Of a stretch of 64,000 bases of DNA, positions 1-9,419 are shown in pieces. Source of the stretch: an uncultured delta proteobacterium (GTDB lineage Bacteria; Desulfobacterota; Zymogenia; Zymogenales; Zymogenaceae); the NCBI GenBank assembly GCA_963792965.1, contig CAWBYW010000004.1, positions 1-64,000 on the forward strand, in the 5' to 3' direction. The notes beneath the pieces are model-generated. The model searched no databases. It saw nothing but the letters and a program-made list of their open reading frames with translations, and had not been told where the DNA came from. The position numbers and the translations under genes were made by a program. Position 1 is the first letter of the stretch. Every line of letters begins with the position of its first letter.

Positions 1-324
1 GGGCATCTGGATGTGGGCCATCTCAGAATCAAGACACTCCATACGCCGGGGCACACGGCCGGGAGCGTATGTTTCATGGTTGGCAGGCATTTGCTGGCAG
101 GCGACACCATTTTCCCCGGAGGCCCGGGATATACCTCGACCCCATCCCATTTGGACATCATTCTTCGATCAATAGAAACGAAGATCCTCCCACTGCCGGA
201 AAACACCATAATTTACCCTGGACACGGCCCAGCCACTTTGCTCGCAGATGAAAAGGAAGCAATTGCTTCTTTTCTATCTTTACAACACGCCCCTGATCTT
301 CAAGGTGATATGCTGTGGCGTTAG
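1..324 (+). CDS. MBL-fold metallo-hydrolase (glyoxalase II-like), 5'-truncated by the window edge
   Basis: HTPGHT, AGDTIF and YPGHG motifs; frame is open to base 1. Confidence 0.85.
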   Translation, partial: GHLDVGHLRIKTLHTPGHTAGSVCFMVGRHLLAGDTIFPGGPGYTSTPSHLDIILRSIETKILPLPENTIIYPGHGPATLLADEKEAIASFLSLQHAPDLQGDMLWR

Positions 325-531
325 TTGGCCGGCCACGCTAATTCCCCTTTCATCCAGATGTTTCAAAAGCGGGTCAAAGATAAATAAATCTGCCGTCTCC
401 GCTCAATCCACGAGTGAAGTCAAATGCTTAATACTTTATTAATATTCCCGGAATAAACTAATTATATTAGAGTTACGTTATATCTTATGTAAGGGAGTTT
501 ATATAGGCCTTTAAGAAAGAAGGTGATGGCT

Positions 532-879
532 ATGCGGCAGAAATATTACTGTCCAAACTGTGGAGCGCCCGTGGTATGCGGCGAGCGATTTTGCATAGGC
601 TGCGGCATTAACTTCACCTGGATAGCGCAGCCGGAACCGCCACAATCCGCACCGGTATCATACAAATTGCCAGGCGCTGAACGGCAGGGAAAACCCGCCG
701 ATTACCAGCCGTCATTCGATCGGCGTTTCCAGGAACCGGGTCATGCAGCCGCTGATTCCTGTAACGCGACAGAGTCGAAGAACGCGCAATCGGGCGGTAC
801 TGCTACCCCCCTCAGCACCGAGATATCCAGACTCCTGGAAGGCTTTTTCGACAGGCACGCCAGGTGTAATAAAGTGTAG
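532..879 (+). CDS. Zinc-ribbon domain protein
   Basis: CPNCG...FCIGCG N-terminal ribbon followed by a low-complexity region; AAGGTG RBS before ATG 532. Confidence 0.6.
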   Translation: MRQKYYCPNCGAPVVCGERFCIGCGINFTWIAQPEPPQSAPVSYKLPGAERQGKPADYQPSFDRRFQEPGHAAADSCNATESKNAQSGGTATPLSTEISRLLEGFFDRHARCNKV

Positions 880-910
880 CCCGCTGATTAACTTCCTCCA
901 ATCAGCGGGC
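879..910. terminator. Hairpin between convergent genes (possible terminator)
   Basis: GCCCGCTGATT/AATCAGCGGGC 11-bp stem with 10-nt loop; no clear U-tract. Confidence 0.4.
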
Positions 911-925
911 CACACCTGTAAAATA

Positions 926-1364
926 TTATTGTATCAGGCCTTCAACGATTTCTGCCGCATCATGCACAAGTTTCGGGCATATTTTCTGCGGTATGCCACT
1001 TTTCCTGGCTTCGCGAAATGCTTCCCGGTCATTTATATCAAAGCCAAGCAGGTCCCTGCACACAATTGACCCATTTAGCGCTCTGAACTTTTCGGCAAAT
1101 TCCTGCACTTTATCAAAGGCCTCTTTATGCGACTGTGAACCATCCAGCACTGTCATTCCATGTTTTAGCCCGATCACCATGAAAGCGCCCGTGACAGCTC
1201 CGCAGGTTTCGCCCATATGGCCCATGCCACCACCAAAGCCAGCGGCCACCCTGTACGCCATGACCGGGTCCAGCCCAAAGTCGCCGCCGAATGCCGCTAA
1301 AATAGCCTGCGCAGCAGTTAAAGCCTTTTTTGAATGTGGCCGTTGCTTCGTCAGCCTTTCCCAT
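926..1364 (-). CDS. C-GCAxxG-C-C family putative redox protein (one frameshift near 1310)
   Basis: MGKADEATATFKKGFNC in one frame joins AQAILAAF...GGGMG..ETCGAVTG...SIVCRDL...KICPKLV in another. Confidence 0.8.
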
Positions 1365-1378
1365 TTTGCCTCCTGCAC

Positions 1379-2216
1379 CTATTTTCCAGATTTTGCAGCA
1401 CTTACCTTAATACTGCGTACTGCCTTTCCAACCCGGGCAAGGTCTTCCCTGGAGAACTTCTCTTCTTCCAGCAGTTGCCTTGCCGTAGGATCTGTCGATG
1501 CAAATTCCGTGCCGAACATGGTCTCGTCAATGATTTTAGCGTCGAGGAAACCAGCCTGTTTTATCGCATCCAGGTATGTTTCCTTGCGGGCAGCGCCGGC
1601 CAGGCAGCCGATATACGCTGCAACCGACTTCTGGACAGACTCAGGCAGGTCGTCTACCAGGACAATGTCTGATACCATCAGCCTGCCGCCTGGCTTTAAG
1701 ACCCGGTATGCCTCGGCAAAAACCCTTTCCTTCTGCGGCGACAGGTTAATCACGCAGTTGGAAATGATGAGATCCACGTGAACCATCCGCTATTGGCAGG
1801 TTCTCAATCTCCCCCAGCCTGAACTCGACATTTTGATAGCCGCCTTTCACCGCATTTTCCCTGGCTTTCTCCAACATTTCCGGGGTCATGTCCACACCTA
1901 TGACCCGGCCGCTTTTTCCCACACGCTGCGCAGCGAGGAAACAGTCAAAGCCCGCCCCGGATCCAAGGTCAAGCACGACCTCACCCTCTTTAATCGAGGC
2001 AATAGCAACCGGATTACCACAGCCCAGGCCAAGGTTAGCGCCGTCAGGCACAGAGTTTACGTCCTGATCAGTATATCCGACGGCTTTACTCGCTTCCTTG
2101 GTGACATCGATACCGCAGCATCCGCTGGTCTGCCTGGGGCCGCAACACGAACCGGTCCCCTTAGCAACCTTAGCATAGCCCAGCCTGACCGTCTTCCTGA
2201 TTTCTTCTTTTTGCAT
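1379..2216 (-). CDS. arsM: Arsenite S-adenosylmethionine methyltransferase (one frameshift near 1780)
   Basis: SCCG/GCCG N-terminus, [28 protein letters not shown] and YIGCLAGA motifs spread over two overlapping ORFs. Confidence 0.9.
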
Positions 2217-2253
2217 AATTCAACTCCTAATTGCAATGTTTGCGTCCGTCAAT

Positions 2254-2505
2254 TTAGCAGCAGTCGTTTTGTTTTTCGCCCGCCTTCTCCATGGCCGGCA
2301 TACACTTGCAAAAACTTTGCCAGTTCCAGCCTTTCTTATCCTGTGCAGCCATGTTGTCACAGCAGTCCTTGAACATCCCCTTCATCTCTTCAGGGGTGAA
2401 AAATCCTTTGCACCGGCTCTGGCAGAACTCGTACCATGGTCGCTTTTCTTCGTCTTTCATGGCATTACTCTCAGTTCCGCTCTTCTTAGTCTCTTCTTTT
2501 TCCAT
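2254..2505 (-). CDS. Small Cys-rich hypothetical protein (83 aa, 8 Cys, ends in CC)
   Basis: AAGGAG/AAGGA RBS upstream; lies between arsR and arsM on the same strand. Confidence 0.7.
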   Translation of the reverse strand: MEKEETKKSGTESNAMKDEEKRPWYEFCQSRCKGFFTPEEMKGMFKDCCDNMAAQDKKGWNWQSFCKCMPAMEKAGEKQNDCC

Positions 2506-2538
2506 TTCCTTCTCCTTTTTCTATTATCCTTACTACTA

Positions 2539-2554
2539 TTCGAGATATTTCGAA
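2539..2554. promoter_or_regulatory. Putative ArsR operator (TTCGA-N6-TCGAA)
   Basis: Perfect 5-6-5 inverted repeat upstream of the Cys-rich ORF/arsM; a near-copy overlaps the arsR start. Confidence 0.55.
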
Positions 2555-2572
2555 CTTTTTATGCAAAATTTT

Positions 2573-2902
2573 TTACGCCGGCACAGCAGGTTTGAAAAAA
2601 TCCTCCAACGATTTAATGATCGCCGGGTCGACGGAACAATCTATCCTCTGGCCGTTGCGGCTCATTTTAATCAGCCCCGCCCTATAAAGCTCTTTAAGAT
2701 GATGTGACACCGTAGAAGGCGCTATCCCCAGTGTGCTGCCCAGTTCGCCAACACACTCACAGACTGTATCACTAGAACAGCAAAGAGTTCCTTCGGAGCC
2801 ACAGCAGGCCAGGCGCATGAATACTTTCAGACGATGCGGATTGGACAGCGCCTTAAAGATATCCGCAAACCGCTCAACATCATTATTACTGCTTTTCGAC
2901 AT
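2573..2902 (-). CDS. arsR: ArsR/SmtB-family transcriptional repressor
   Basis: FKALSNPHRL, CVGEL...STVSHHLKEL..AGLI winged HTH; Cys cluster CC..CC..CEC. Confidence 0.9.
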   Translation of the reverse strand: MSKSSNNDVERFADIFKALSNPHRLKVFMRLACCGSEGTLCCSSDTVCECVGELGSTLGIAPSTVSHHLKELYRAGLIKMSRNGQRIDCSVDPAIIKSLEDFFKPAVPA

Positions 2903-2939
2903 GTTTAGAATTGTAGAATTTTCTTGGCCAATTTGTCAA
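2895..2939 (-). promoter_or_regulatory. sigma70 promoter of arsR with overlapping operator; likely leaderless transcript
   Basis: TTGACA(2939-2934)-18 bp-TACAAT(2915-2910), then 7 nt to ATG; TTCGA-N6-TAGAA at 2895-2910. Confidence 0.6.
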
Positions 2940-2955
2940 GTCCCGTTCCAAACCC

Positions 2956-4400
2956 TGTTAACGTTCTATGATTTTGTCACCCCTTAACTGTTCAGGGAAA
3001 ATGTCACCCCATGAGAGATGAGGTGATCTTGAACAAAAAGGAACAGAGAAGACTGATAGTCCTGAACAAGCTGGAAAATGGTGAACTTAAGAACAGAGAG
3101 GCTGCTCAACTTCTATGTCTTTCGGAGCGCCACATCAAGAGACTTAGATCGAGCTATCGATTGAAGGCTGCGGAAGCTCTTGCACATGGCAATCGAGGCA
3201 GAAGACCCGTCAATGCTCTTGGTGAGGAGACGAACATCAGCATTGTTGATTTGGCCTCAGGTAAATATGCTGGTTTTAACCAGCAGCACTTTACTGAGAT
3301 GCTGATTGAGAGGGAAGGCATAAGCGTATCCCGTTCAACCGTCAGGAGAATATTATCAAAGGTGGGAATACATAGTCCGAGGAGAAGGAGGCCGCCGAAA
3401 CACCGTAAGCGCAGGGACAGGTATCCGCAGGAAGGTATGCTGCTGCAGATTGATGGCAGCTCTCACGATTGGCTTGAAGGCAGAGGCCCGAAGTTGAGCT
3501 TGATCGGAGCTATCGATGATGCGACAGGGAAAGTAGCCAGCGCATTATTCAGGGAACAAGAAGACGCCCAGGGCTATTTCCTGTTGCTCAAGGAGATCGT
3601 GGCCAGGCACGGTATCCCCGTAGCTTTATATCACGACCGGCATGGCATCTTTGAACGCTCATCACTGGACAAGGAATCAATCGAAGAACAATTGGATGGG
3701 GAAAAAGAATTGACGCAATTCGGACGACTCATGCAAGAACTGGGGATCACCTCGATATCTGCGATGTCACCTCAGGCGAAGGGCAGGATCGAGAGACTGT
3801 GGGGTACCTTCCAGGACAGATTAGTTAGCGAACTGCGTCTGGCCGGGGCCACCACATTGAACGAAGCTAATCGTCTGCTGGAACAGTTTCTCCCGGATTA
3901 TAACCGGCGGTTCGCTGTCTTGCCTGTTCAAGACGGCAGTGCATATTGCAAGTTACCAGCCAGATTTGTCCCGGATGAGGTATTTTGCTTTAAATACAGG
4001 CGCACTGTTGGCAAAGATAACGTCGTCCGCTTTGCCAATCAGAGGCTCCAGATAGTCCCTTCAAACGGTCGGTCCAGCTATGCATACGCCCATGTCGACG
4101 TACATGAACACATGGACGGCAGCCTATCAGTCCATTATCAGGGGAAATGCCTGCTAACCAGGCCTGCGCCTTATGAAGCTACTTCGTTGAGAGCAAGACC
4201 CGGCCGTAGACCGAACACAATGCAAGCTATACCTGTCCCTCTGCCACAAAAGACGACTATCCAAACCGTGCAAAATCCACCAATGCCATTCCGCAAACCC
4301 GCTTCCAACCATCCATGGAGACATATGCCAATATTACATAGAGATAGAGGGTGACAAAATCGCTGAACAATTAAGGGGACATTATCGCTGGACAACAACA
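2956..4400 (+). mobile_element. Insertion sequence, ISNCY/IS1202-like group (~1445 bp)
   Basis: Ends TGTT...AACA; each end carries two tandem copies of a TGTTCAGCGATTTTGTCACCCC-like motif, inverted between ends; single DDE transposase inside; no target duplication visible. Confidence 0.8.
3011..4354 (+). CDS. ISNCY (IS1202-like) DDE transposase
   Basis: N-terminal HTH, HGNRGR, LQIDGSSHDW, IDDATG, YHDRHGIF, PQAKGRIERLWGTFQDRL. Confidence 0.92.
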   Translation: MRDEVILNKKEQRRLIVLNKLENGELKNREAAQLLCLSERHIKRLRSSYRLKAAEALAHGNRGRRPVNALGEETNISIVDLASGKYAGFNQQHFTEMLIEREGISVSRSTVRRILSKVGIHSPRRRRPPKHRKRRDRYPQEGMLLQIDGSSHDWLEGRGPKLSLIGAIDDATGKVASALFREQEDAQGYFLLLKEIVARHGIPVALYHDRHGIFERSSLDKESIEEQLDGEKELTQFGRLMQELGITSISAMSPQAKGRIERLWGTFQDRLVSELRLAGATTLNEANRLLEQFLPDYNRRFAVLPVQDGSAYCKLPARFVPDEVFCFKYRRTVGKDNVVRFANQRLQIVPSNGRSSYAYAHVDVHEHMDGSLSVHYQGKCLLTRPAPYEATSLRARPGRRPNTMQAIPVPLPQKTTIQTVQNPPMPFRKPASNHPWRHMPILHRDRG

Positions 4401-4416
4401 ATTAACTCGAACTGCC

Positions 4417-4446
4417 TTGACGTTCACGCTCATTCACTGCTACAAT
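4417..4446 (+). promoter_or_regulatory. sigma70 promoter upstream of the EF-G gene
   Basis: TTGACG-18 bp-TACAAT. Confidence 0.5.
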
Positions 4447-4490
4447 TGCTCGTTGTCCGTCAAAATTTCAGCGAGAATCGAGGTATTTAG

Positions 4491-6560
4491 ATGCAGCAAT
4501 CTGGACCTGATAAAATTCGCAACGTCGCCCTGCTTTCACATTCCGGCTCAGGCAAAACTTCACTGGCTGAAGCTATGCTTTTCGACGCCGGGGTGATTAC
4601 CCGAATGGGAAATGTTGCAGACGGTACGACCGCTTCTGACTACGATCCCGAAGAAATCAAACACAAAATCAGTATTAACGTAACCATTTTACCGGCAACC
4701 TGGAAGAACACAAAGATCAATATCATCGATACCCCAGGATACCCGGACTTTGTGGGTGAAGTAAGAGCGGCGTTGAGAATAAGCGAAGGCGCGGTGATAC
4801 TCGTATGCGCAGCATCCGGCGTGGAAGTCGGAACCGAGCAGGTATGGGCACAAGCTGCCGACGCCAACCTGCCGCGCCTGGTTTATATGAACAAGATGGA
4901 CCGTGAAAATGCCAACTTTGCGGGCACACTGGAACAGATTCAAAGTAAACTGAGCCCAAGGTGCCTGCCCATCCAAATACCTATCGGTTCTCAGAAAGAT
5001 TTTAAGGGCGTAATCGATGTTATAGCCAAAAAGGCATTTGCCGGCGCACCTGCGAAAGAGATTGAGATCCCCGCCGCCATGATGAAGGACGTAGATAGTG
5101 CCAGGGAGAAGTTGATCGAGGCGGTAGTTGAGATCAACGATGAAATAATGACCAGGTACCTCGATGGCGGCGAAATCACGACAGAAGAAATATATAAGTG
5201 CCTTAACGAATCCACCCTTCAGGGAGCGGTTATTCCCGTTCTGGCAGGCTCAGGCCTCACCAATAACGGAGCGGCTGCCCTGCTTGACGCCATCATAGAT
5301 TATCTGCCATCGCCGGTTGCAGCCGGTCCTTTCAAAGCGACGAACGCATCAGGGACGGAAGAAGCTGTCAAACCTGCCAACGATTCCCCCCTCACGGCAA
5401 TGGTGTTCAAAACGACAACCGACCCTCATGTGGGTAAGATCAGTTACTTCCGTGTGTATTCGGGAGTATTAGCCAGCAACTCACAGGCATGGAATGTAAA
5501 TAAAGGCATGGTAGAAAGGGTCGGACAGGTCTCGTTACCCCGCGGTAAAAGTCAGGAGGCCGTCAACCAGGTTGCGACTGGAGATATCGGTGTGGTCGTC
5601 AAACTGGCCAACACAGTCTCTGGAGACACGCTGGGCGCTAAAGAGCATCCGCTGAAACTGGCCCCGATTAATTACCCGCCACCAATCCTGAGCAAGGCAG
5701 TCTATCCTAAATCTAAAGCCGACCTGGATAAGATGAGCACGGGATTGGCCCGGATCTGCGAAGAAGACCCAAGTCTGAAAGTGGAACGCGAACCCGATAT
5801 CGGAGAATTGCTTCTGAAAGGCATGGGAGACACTCACCTGGAGATCGCCGCCAGCCGGCTGCACCGCAAATTCGCAGTGGAAGTTAACCTGGAAGTGCCC
5901 AGAGTCCCTTATAAGGAAACAATTACAGTCCCGGTCGAGGCCGAATACAAGCACAAGAAGCAGACCGGAGGCCACGGACAATACGGACACGTGGTCATAA
6001 AAATGGAGCCACTCCCACCCGGAGGAGGCTTCGAATTCGCAGAAAAGATCGTCGGCGGTTCCGTGCCGAAGAACTACATACCTGCAGTGGATAAGGGTAT
6101 CAAAGAAGCGCGTTTAGAAGGCGTGCTGGCAGGTAACCCGGCCGTTGATATGAAAGTAACCTTGATCGATGGAAGCTTCCACCCTGTAGACTCATCAGAA
6201 ATGGCGTTCAAAATAGCTTCCGCCCAGGCTTTCAAGAAAGGCATGAATGACGGGTCTCCCGTACTTCTCGAGCCGATTATGACCATGACTATCACAGTAC
6301 CCGATTCATTCACAGGAGATATCATAGGGGACCTCAATACAAAACGGGCACGCGTGCTGGGCATGAATCCCAACCAGGGCATCAATGTAATTCAAGCCCT
6401 GGCGCCACAGTCCGAGGTATTGCGCTATGCTATCGATCTGCGTTCCATGACGCAGGGCAGGGGCACATTCACCATACAGTTCGACCACTACGAGCCTGTG
6501 CCGGCGCTTCAGACGCAGAAGATCATCGCTGCCCATAAAGCCACGGCAAAGCAGGAATAG
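4491..6560 (+). CDS. fusA: Elongation factor G (EF-G2-type paralog outside the str operon)
   Basis: GSGKTS, DTPG, NKMD, KQTGGHGQYG, VDSSEMAFKIA, LRSMTQGRG; 689 aa. Confidence 0.93.
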   Translation: MQQSGPDKIRNVALLSHSGSGKTSLAEAMLFDAGVITRMGNVADGTTASDYDPEEIKHKISINVTILPATWKNTKINIIDTPGYPDFVGEVRAALRISEGAVILVCAASGVEVGTEQVWAQAADANLPRLVYMNKMDRENANFAGTLEQIQSKLSPRCLPIQIPIGSQKDFKGVIDVIAKKAFAGAPAKEIEIPAAMMKDVDSAREKLIEAVVEINDEIMTRYLDGGEITTEEIYKCLNESTLQGAVIPVLAGSGLTNNGAAALLDAIIDYLPSPVAAGPFKATNASGTEEAVKPANDSPLTAMVFKTTTDPHVGKISYFRVYSGVLASNSQAWNVNKGMVERVGQVSLPRGKSQEAVNQVATGDIGVVVKLANTVSGDTLGAKEHPLKLAPINYPPPILSKAVYPKSKADLDKMSTGLARICEEDPSLKVEREPDIGELLLKGMGDTHLEIAASRLHRKFAVEVNLEVPRVPYKETITVPVEAEYKHKKQTGGHGQYGHVVIKMEPLPPGGGFEFAEKIVGGSVPKNYIPAVDKGIKEARLEGVLAGNPAVDMKVTLIDGSFHPVDSSEMAFKIASAQAFKKGMNDGSPVLLEPIMTMTITVPDSFTGDIIGDLNTKRARVLGMNPNQGINVIQALAPQSEVLRYAIDLRSMTQGRGTFTIQFDHYEPVPALQTQKIIAAHKATAKQE

Positions 6561-6580
6561 ATCTTCTTTTTACGGCATAA

Positions 6581-6616
6581 TAAAAAGGCCCTGCCGAATC
6601 GGCAGGGCCTTTTATC
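6581..6616. terminator. Bidirectional rho-independent terminator
   Basis: AAAAAGGCCCTGCCG-AAT-CGGCAGGGCCTTTT between convergent fusA and etfA. Confidence 0.85.
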
Positions 6617-6636
6617 ATTCCTTAATTCCGAAGTTA

Positions 6637-7635
6637 TTATGCTACGAGCTGCTTAACTTTCGCAGTGAAGGCGGGCAGGATAACTTTCCAGTCGCCGACC
6701 ACACCGAAGCGGGCCTCTTTGAAGATGTTGGCTTCCGGGTCCTTGTTGATCGCAACGATTGTCTTTGCACCGGAGCAGCCGGACATATGCTGGCTTGAGC
6801 CGGAGATTGCAACTGCAATGTAGAGCTCGGGGGCAATGATCTTGCCGGTAAGACCGACCTGGATGGTGTCCGGTACCCATTTGTTATCGCACGGGGGCCT
6901 TGATGCTCCCACTGCGCCCTTAAGTACCTTGGCGAGCTCAAGAAGCTCATTGCTGAACGGTTCAGGTCCGCCGAGACCACGTCCGCCAGCCACTACAACC
7001 TGTGCGTCCTCAATCTTAATACCGGTGACTTCCTCTTTTACCGTCTCGAGGACCTTTACGCGTATTTTGGAAGCATCCAGCGCTACGGCAAATGGAACTA
7101 TGTCGCCCTTTCTGCCTGCATCGGGCGCAAGGGGTGTACTGGCCTTCTGCCTGACGGTCGCTATCTGCGGCAGTCCAACAGAGGTGAAGACTGCCCTGGC
7201 ATTGCCGCCATAGACCGGGCGGGTGCAATTCATTGCTTTGCTGGCGGGGTCAATCGCGAGCTCCAGGCAGTCCATGACCGTGGCGACTCCCAATTTGAAG
7301 GCCAGGCGGGGAGCCAGGTCGCGGCCAAGAGATGTCTGGCCCATTAATATTACCCTGGGCGCAACTTCGGCGACAGCCTTATCCATGACCTGCATGAATG
7401 TATCTGTCTGGTAATCTTTAAACTGCGCATCTTCGGTAACGCAGACTTTATCTGCACCGGCAGCGACAGCAGCTTTGGCGGCATCGCCAACTTTGTCACT
7501 GATCAAAATGCAGGTAAGAGATTCTTTCAATTCATCTGCAAGACGTTTGCCGGCGCCAAGCAGTTCAGCCGTAATCGGCAGTAATTTACCTTCAGCAACT
7601 TCACCTACAACCAGAATACCTTTATTATCAGCCAT
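6637..7635 (-). CDS. etfA: Electron transfer flavoprotein alpha subunit
   Basis: GRDLAPRLA, RPVYGGN, VAGGRG, QVGLTGK, AISGSSQH, AINKDPEANIF. Confidence 0.95.
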   Translation of the reverse strand: MADNKGILVVGEVAEGKLLPITAELLGAGKRLADELKESLTCILISDKVGDAAKAAVAAGADKVCVTEDAQFKDYQTDTFMQVMDKAVAEVAPRVILMGQTSLGRDLAPRLAFKLGVATVMDCLELAIDPASKAMNCTRPVYGGNARAVFTSVGLPQIATVRQKASTPLAPDAGRKGDIVPFAVALDASKIRVKVLETVKEEVTGIKIEDAQVVVAGGRGLGGPEPFSNELLELAKVLKGAVGASRPPCDNKWVPDTIQVGLTGKIIAPELYIAVAISGSSQHMSGCSGAKTIVAINKDPEANIFKEARFGVVGDWKVILPAFTAKVKQLVA

Positions 7636-7667
7636 CGTATCCTCCTTTAATAATCCTGATAGCAGCG

Positions 7668-8474
7668 TTAAATGACCTTGTTGTCGCGCAGTTTCTGGGC
7701 GAGCAAGGCTGCTGCTTCCGCGGGTGAATCGGCACTGACTATTTCACATTTGCCTTCTTTCACAGGTTGGAAGAGCTTTACTATCTTCGATTTTCTGGCT
7801 GCAGCACCGACCTTTCCAGCGTCCAGGCCAATATCAGCGGGTTTCCAGACGATAGGCTGCTTCTTACTGGCTGCCATGATACCTTTGAGGGTAGCATAGC
7901 GGGCTTCGCCGAGCTCGTTGCTAACGGTGATAACTGCAGGAGCCTGTACTTCCAGGACCTGGAAGCCATCTGCAACGATCCTCTCGACCCTGACTTTGCC
8001 ACCGTCGATCGCTTCGACTTTCTTGGCAACGGTAACACTGGGAATGCCCAGAATCTCGGCAACGCCGGTACCTACCTGGCCATCATCCCATTCAGATTCC
8101 TGCCTGCCGAAGAAAATAAGGTCATACTGCCCAATTTTCTTGATTGCTGCCGCCAGAGCGGAAGCAACGGCAAAGCTGTCGCCACCTTCAAACGCCGGGT
8201 CTTCAAGTAAAATTAATTCATCGGCGCCCATGGAAAGAGGCTTTTTGACAACATCACGGACCAGGCCATTGCCGAGGCTGATGATGGTGATTTTCTGGGT
8301 CTTGTCTTTGTCCTTGATTCGCAACGCGGCTTCAACTGCCTGCTCATCGTAAGGGCTTACAACGGGTTTTACTTCAGGCGGCTGGACCATCCTGTTATTT
8401 GCAGCGTCCAGTTTGAACGTGGATGGAGCTGCTTCCGGATCGAGTACCTGTTTACAGCAGACGATCATATTCAT
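7668..8474 (-). CDS. etfB: Electron transfer flavoprotein beta subunit
   Basis: IVCCKQVLD, PYDEQAVEAAL, MGADE, DGQVG, RYATLKGIMAA. Confidence 0.95.
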   Translation of the reverse strand: MNMIVCCKQVLDPEAAPSTFKLDAANNRMVQPPEVKPVVSPYDEQAVEAALRIKDKDKTQKITIISLGNGLVRDVVKKPLSMGADELILLEDPAFEGGDSFAVASALAAAIKKIGQYDLIFFGRQESEWDDGQVGTGVAEILGIPSVTVAKKVEAIDGGKVRVERIVADGFQVLEVQAPAVITVSNELGEARYATLKGIMAASKKQPIVWKPADIGLDAGKVGAAARKSKIVKLFQPVKEGKCEIVSADSPAEAAALLAQKLRDNKVI

Positions 8475-8527
8475 GGTAGCAATTCACCCCTTTTTGATAT
8501 TAGGTTAACAAAATTAACCAATCGGGA

Positions 8528-8556
8528 AGTTTACAATAAACCTATATGGTTGTCAA
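8528..8556 (-). promoter_or_regulatory. sigma70 promoter of etfBA, overlapping the prmC 3' end
   Basis: TTGACA-17 bp-TAAACT; the TAA of the -10 box is also the prmC stop codon. Confidence 0.5.
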
Positions 8557-9419
8557 AACTCGAAAATTCAATTTTCAGTACCCGATTGATACCGGAAAGG
8601 TCTTTGACCATGTCAATACGAGCGCCCGGCAAATTGGCGGCCACGATTTTGCTTATCTCTGCTTCCTGCCCGATGCCAATTTCCAGTAATATTGCTGCAC
8701 CCTTATCAACTTTCCCTGGTCAATTGCGCCAGCAGTTCCCCGATCAACTCAGTCCCGCATTTACCGCCATTGAGAGCAGATTCCGGCTCATATTTAGATA
8801 TTTCGTCAGGAAGCGCCGGCCAACTCCGACTCTTTTATATAAGGAAGATTGGCAACCACCAGGTCCAGCTCTTCAGTTATTTGCTGTAGTAAATGACCGT
8901 GCACCAGTTTTATTCTATTTTCCATTTTGTGGGTTTTTACGTTTATGGCAGCAACCTGCAGTGCGGCAGCAGAGACGTCAACCGCATATACCATTGAATC
9001 TATTATATTGAAAGCAAGTGCAATGGCAATGGCCCCCGACCCGGTCCCCACATCCGCTATCTTTATCGTCCCCCGTTTTTGCCGCTGCCACCGATTACTG
9101 AATTTGATGGCCTCGTCCACCAGCACTTCAGTTTCCGGCCTGGGAATGAGCACCCGGGAATCTACATATAATTCGAGACCATAGAAGCCGCGGCTTTTGA
9201 CAAGGTAGGCAGTCGGGACTTTATCCAGACGTTTATTTATGAGTTCCTCGAACAGGACTTTTTCTTTCCGGAAAGGACCCGGTCGGATTGCGCAAGCAAC
9301 TGAGCAGTGGTCAACTCAAGGACACTGCAAAGCAGTACTCTGGCATCCTCTTCCGCCTCATCCAGGCCGTGCTGTTTTAAAATAGAAGTGTACTTACGAA
9401 GCGCTTCACCGGCCGTCAC
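8531..9419 (-). CDS. prmC: Release factor glutamine methyltransferase (several frameshifts)
   Basis: [31 protein letters not shown] and KDLSGINRV pieces in different frames, directly downstream of prfA. Confidence 0.85.

Noticed and set aside
470-495. TTACGTTA-TATC-TTATGTAA, resembling a dif site
   Set aside because: Spacer is 4 bp rather than 6 and arm matches are weak
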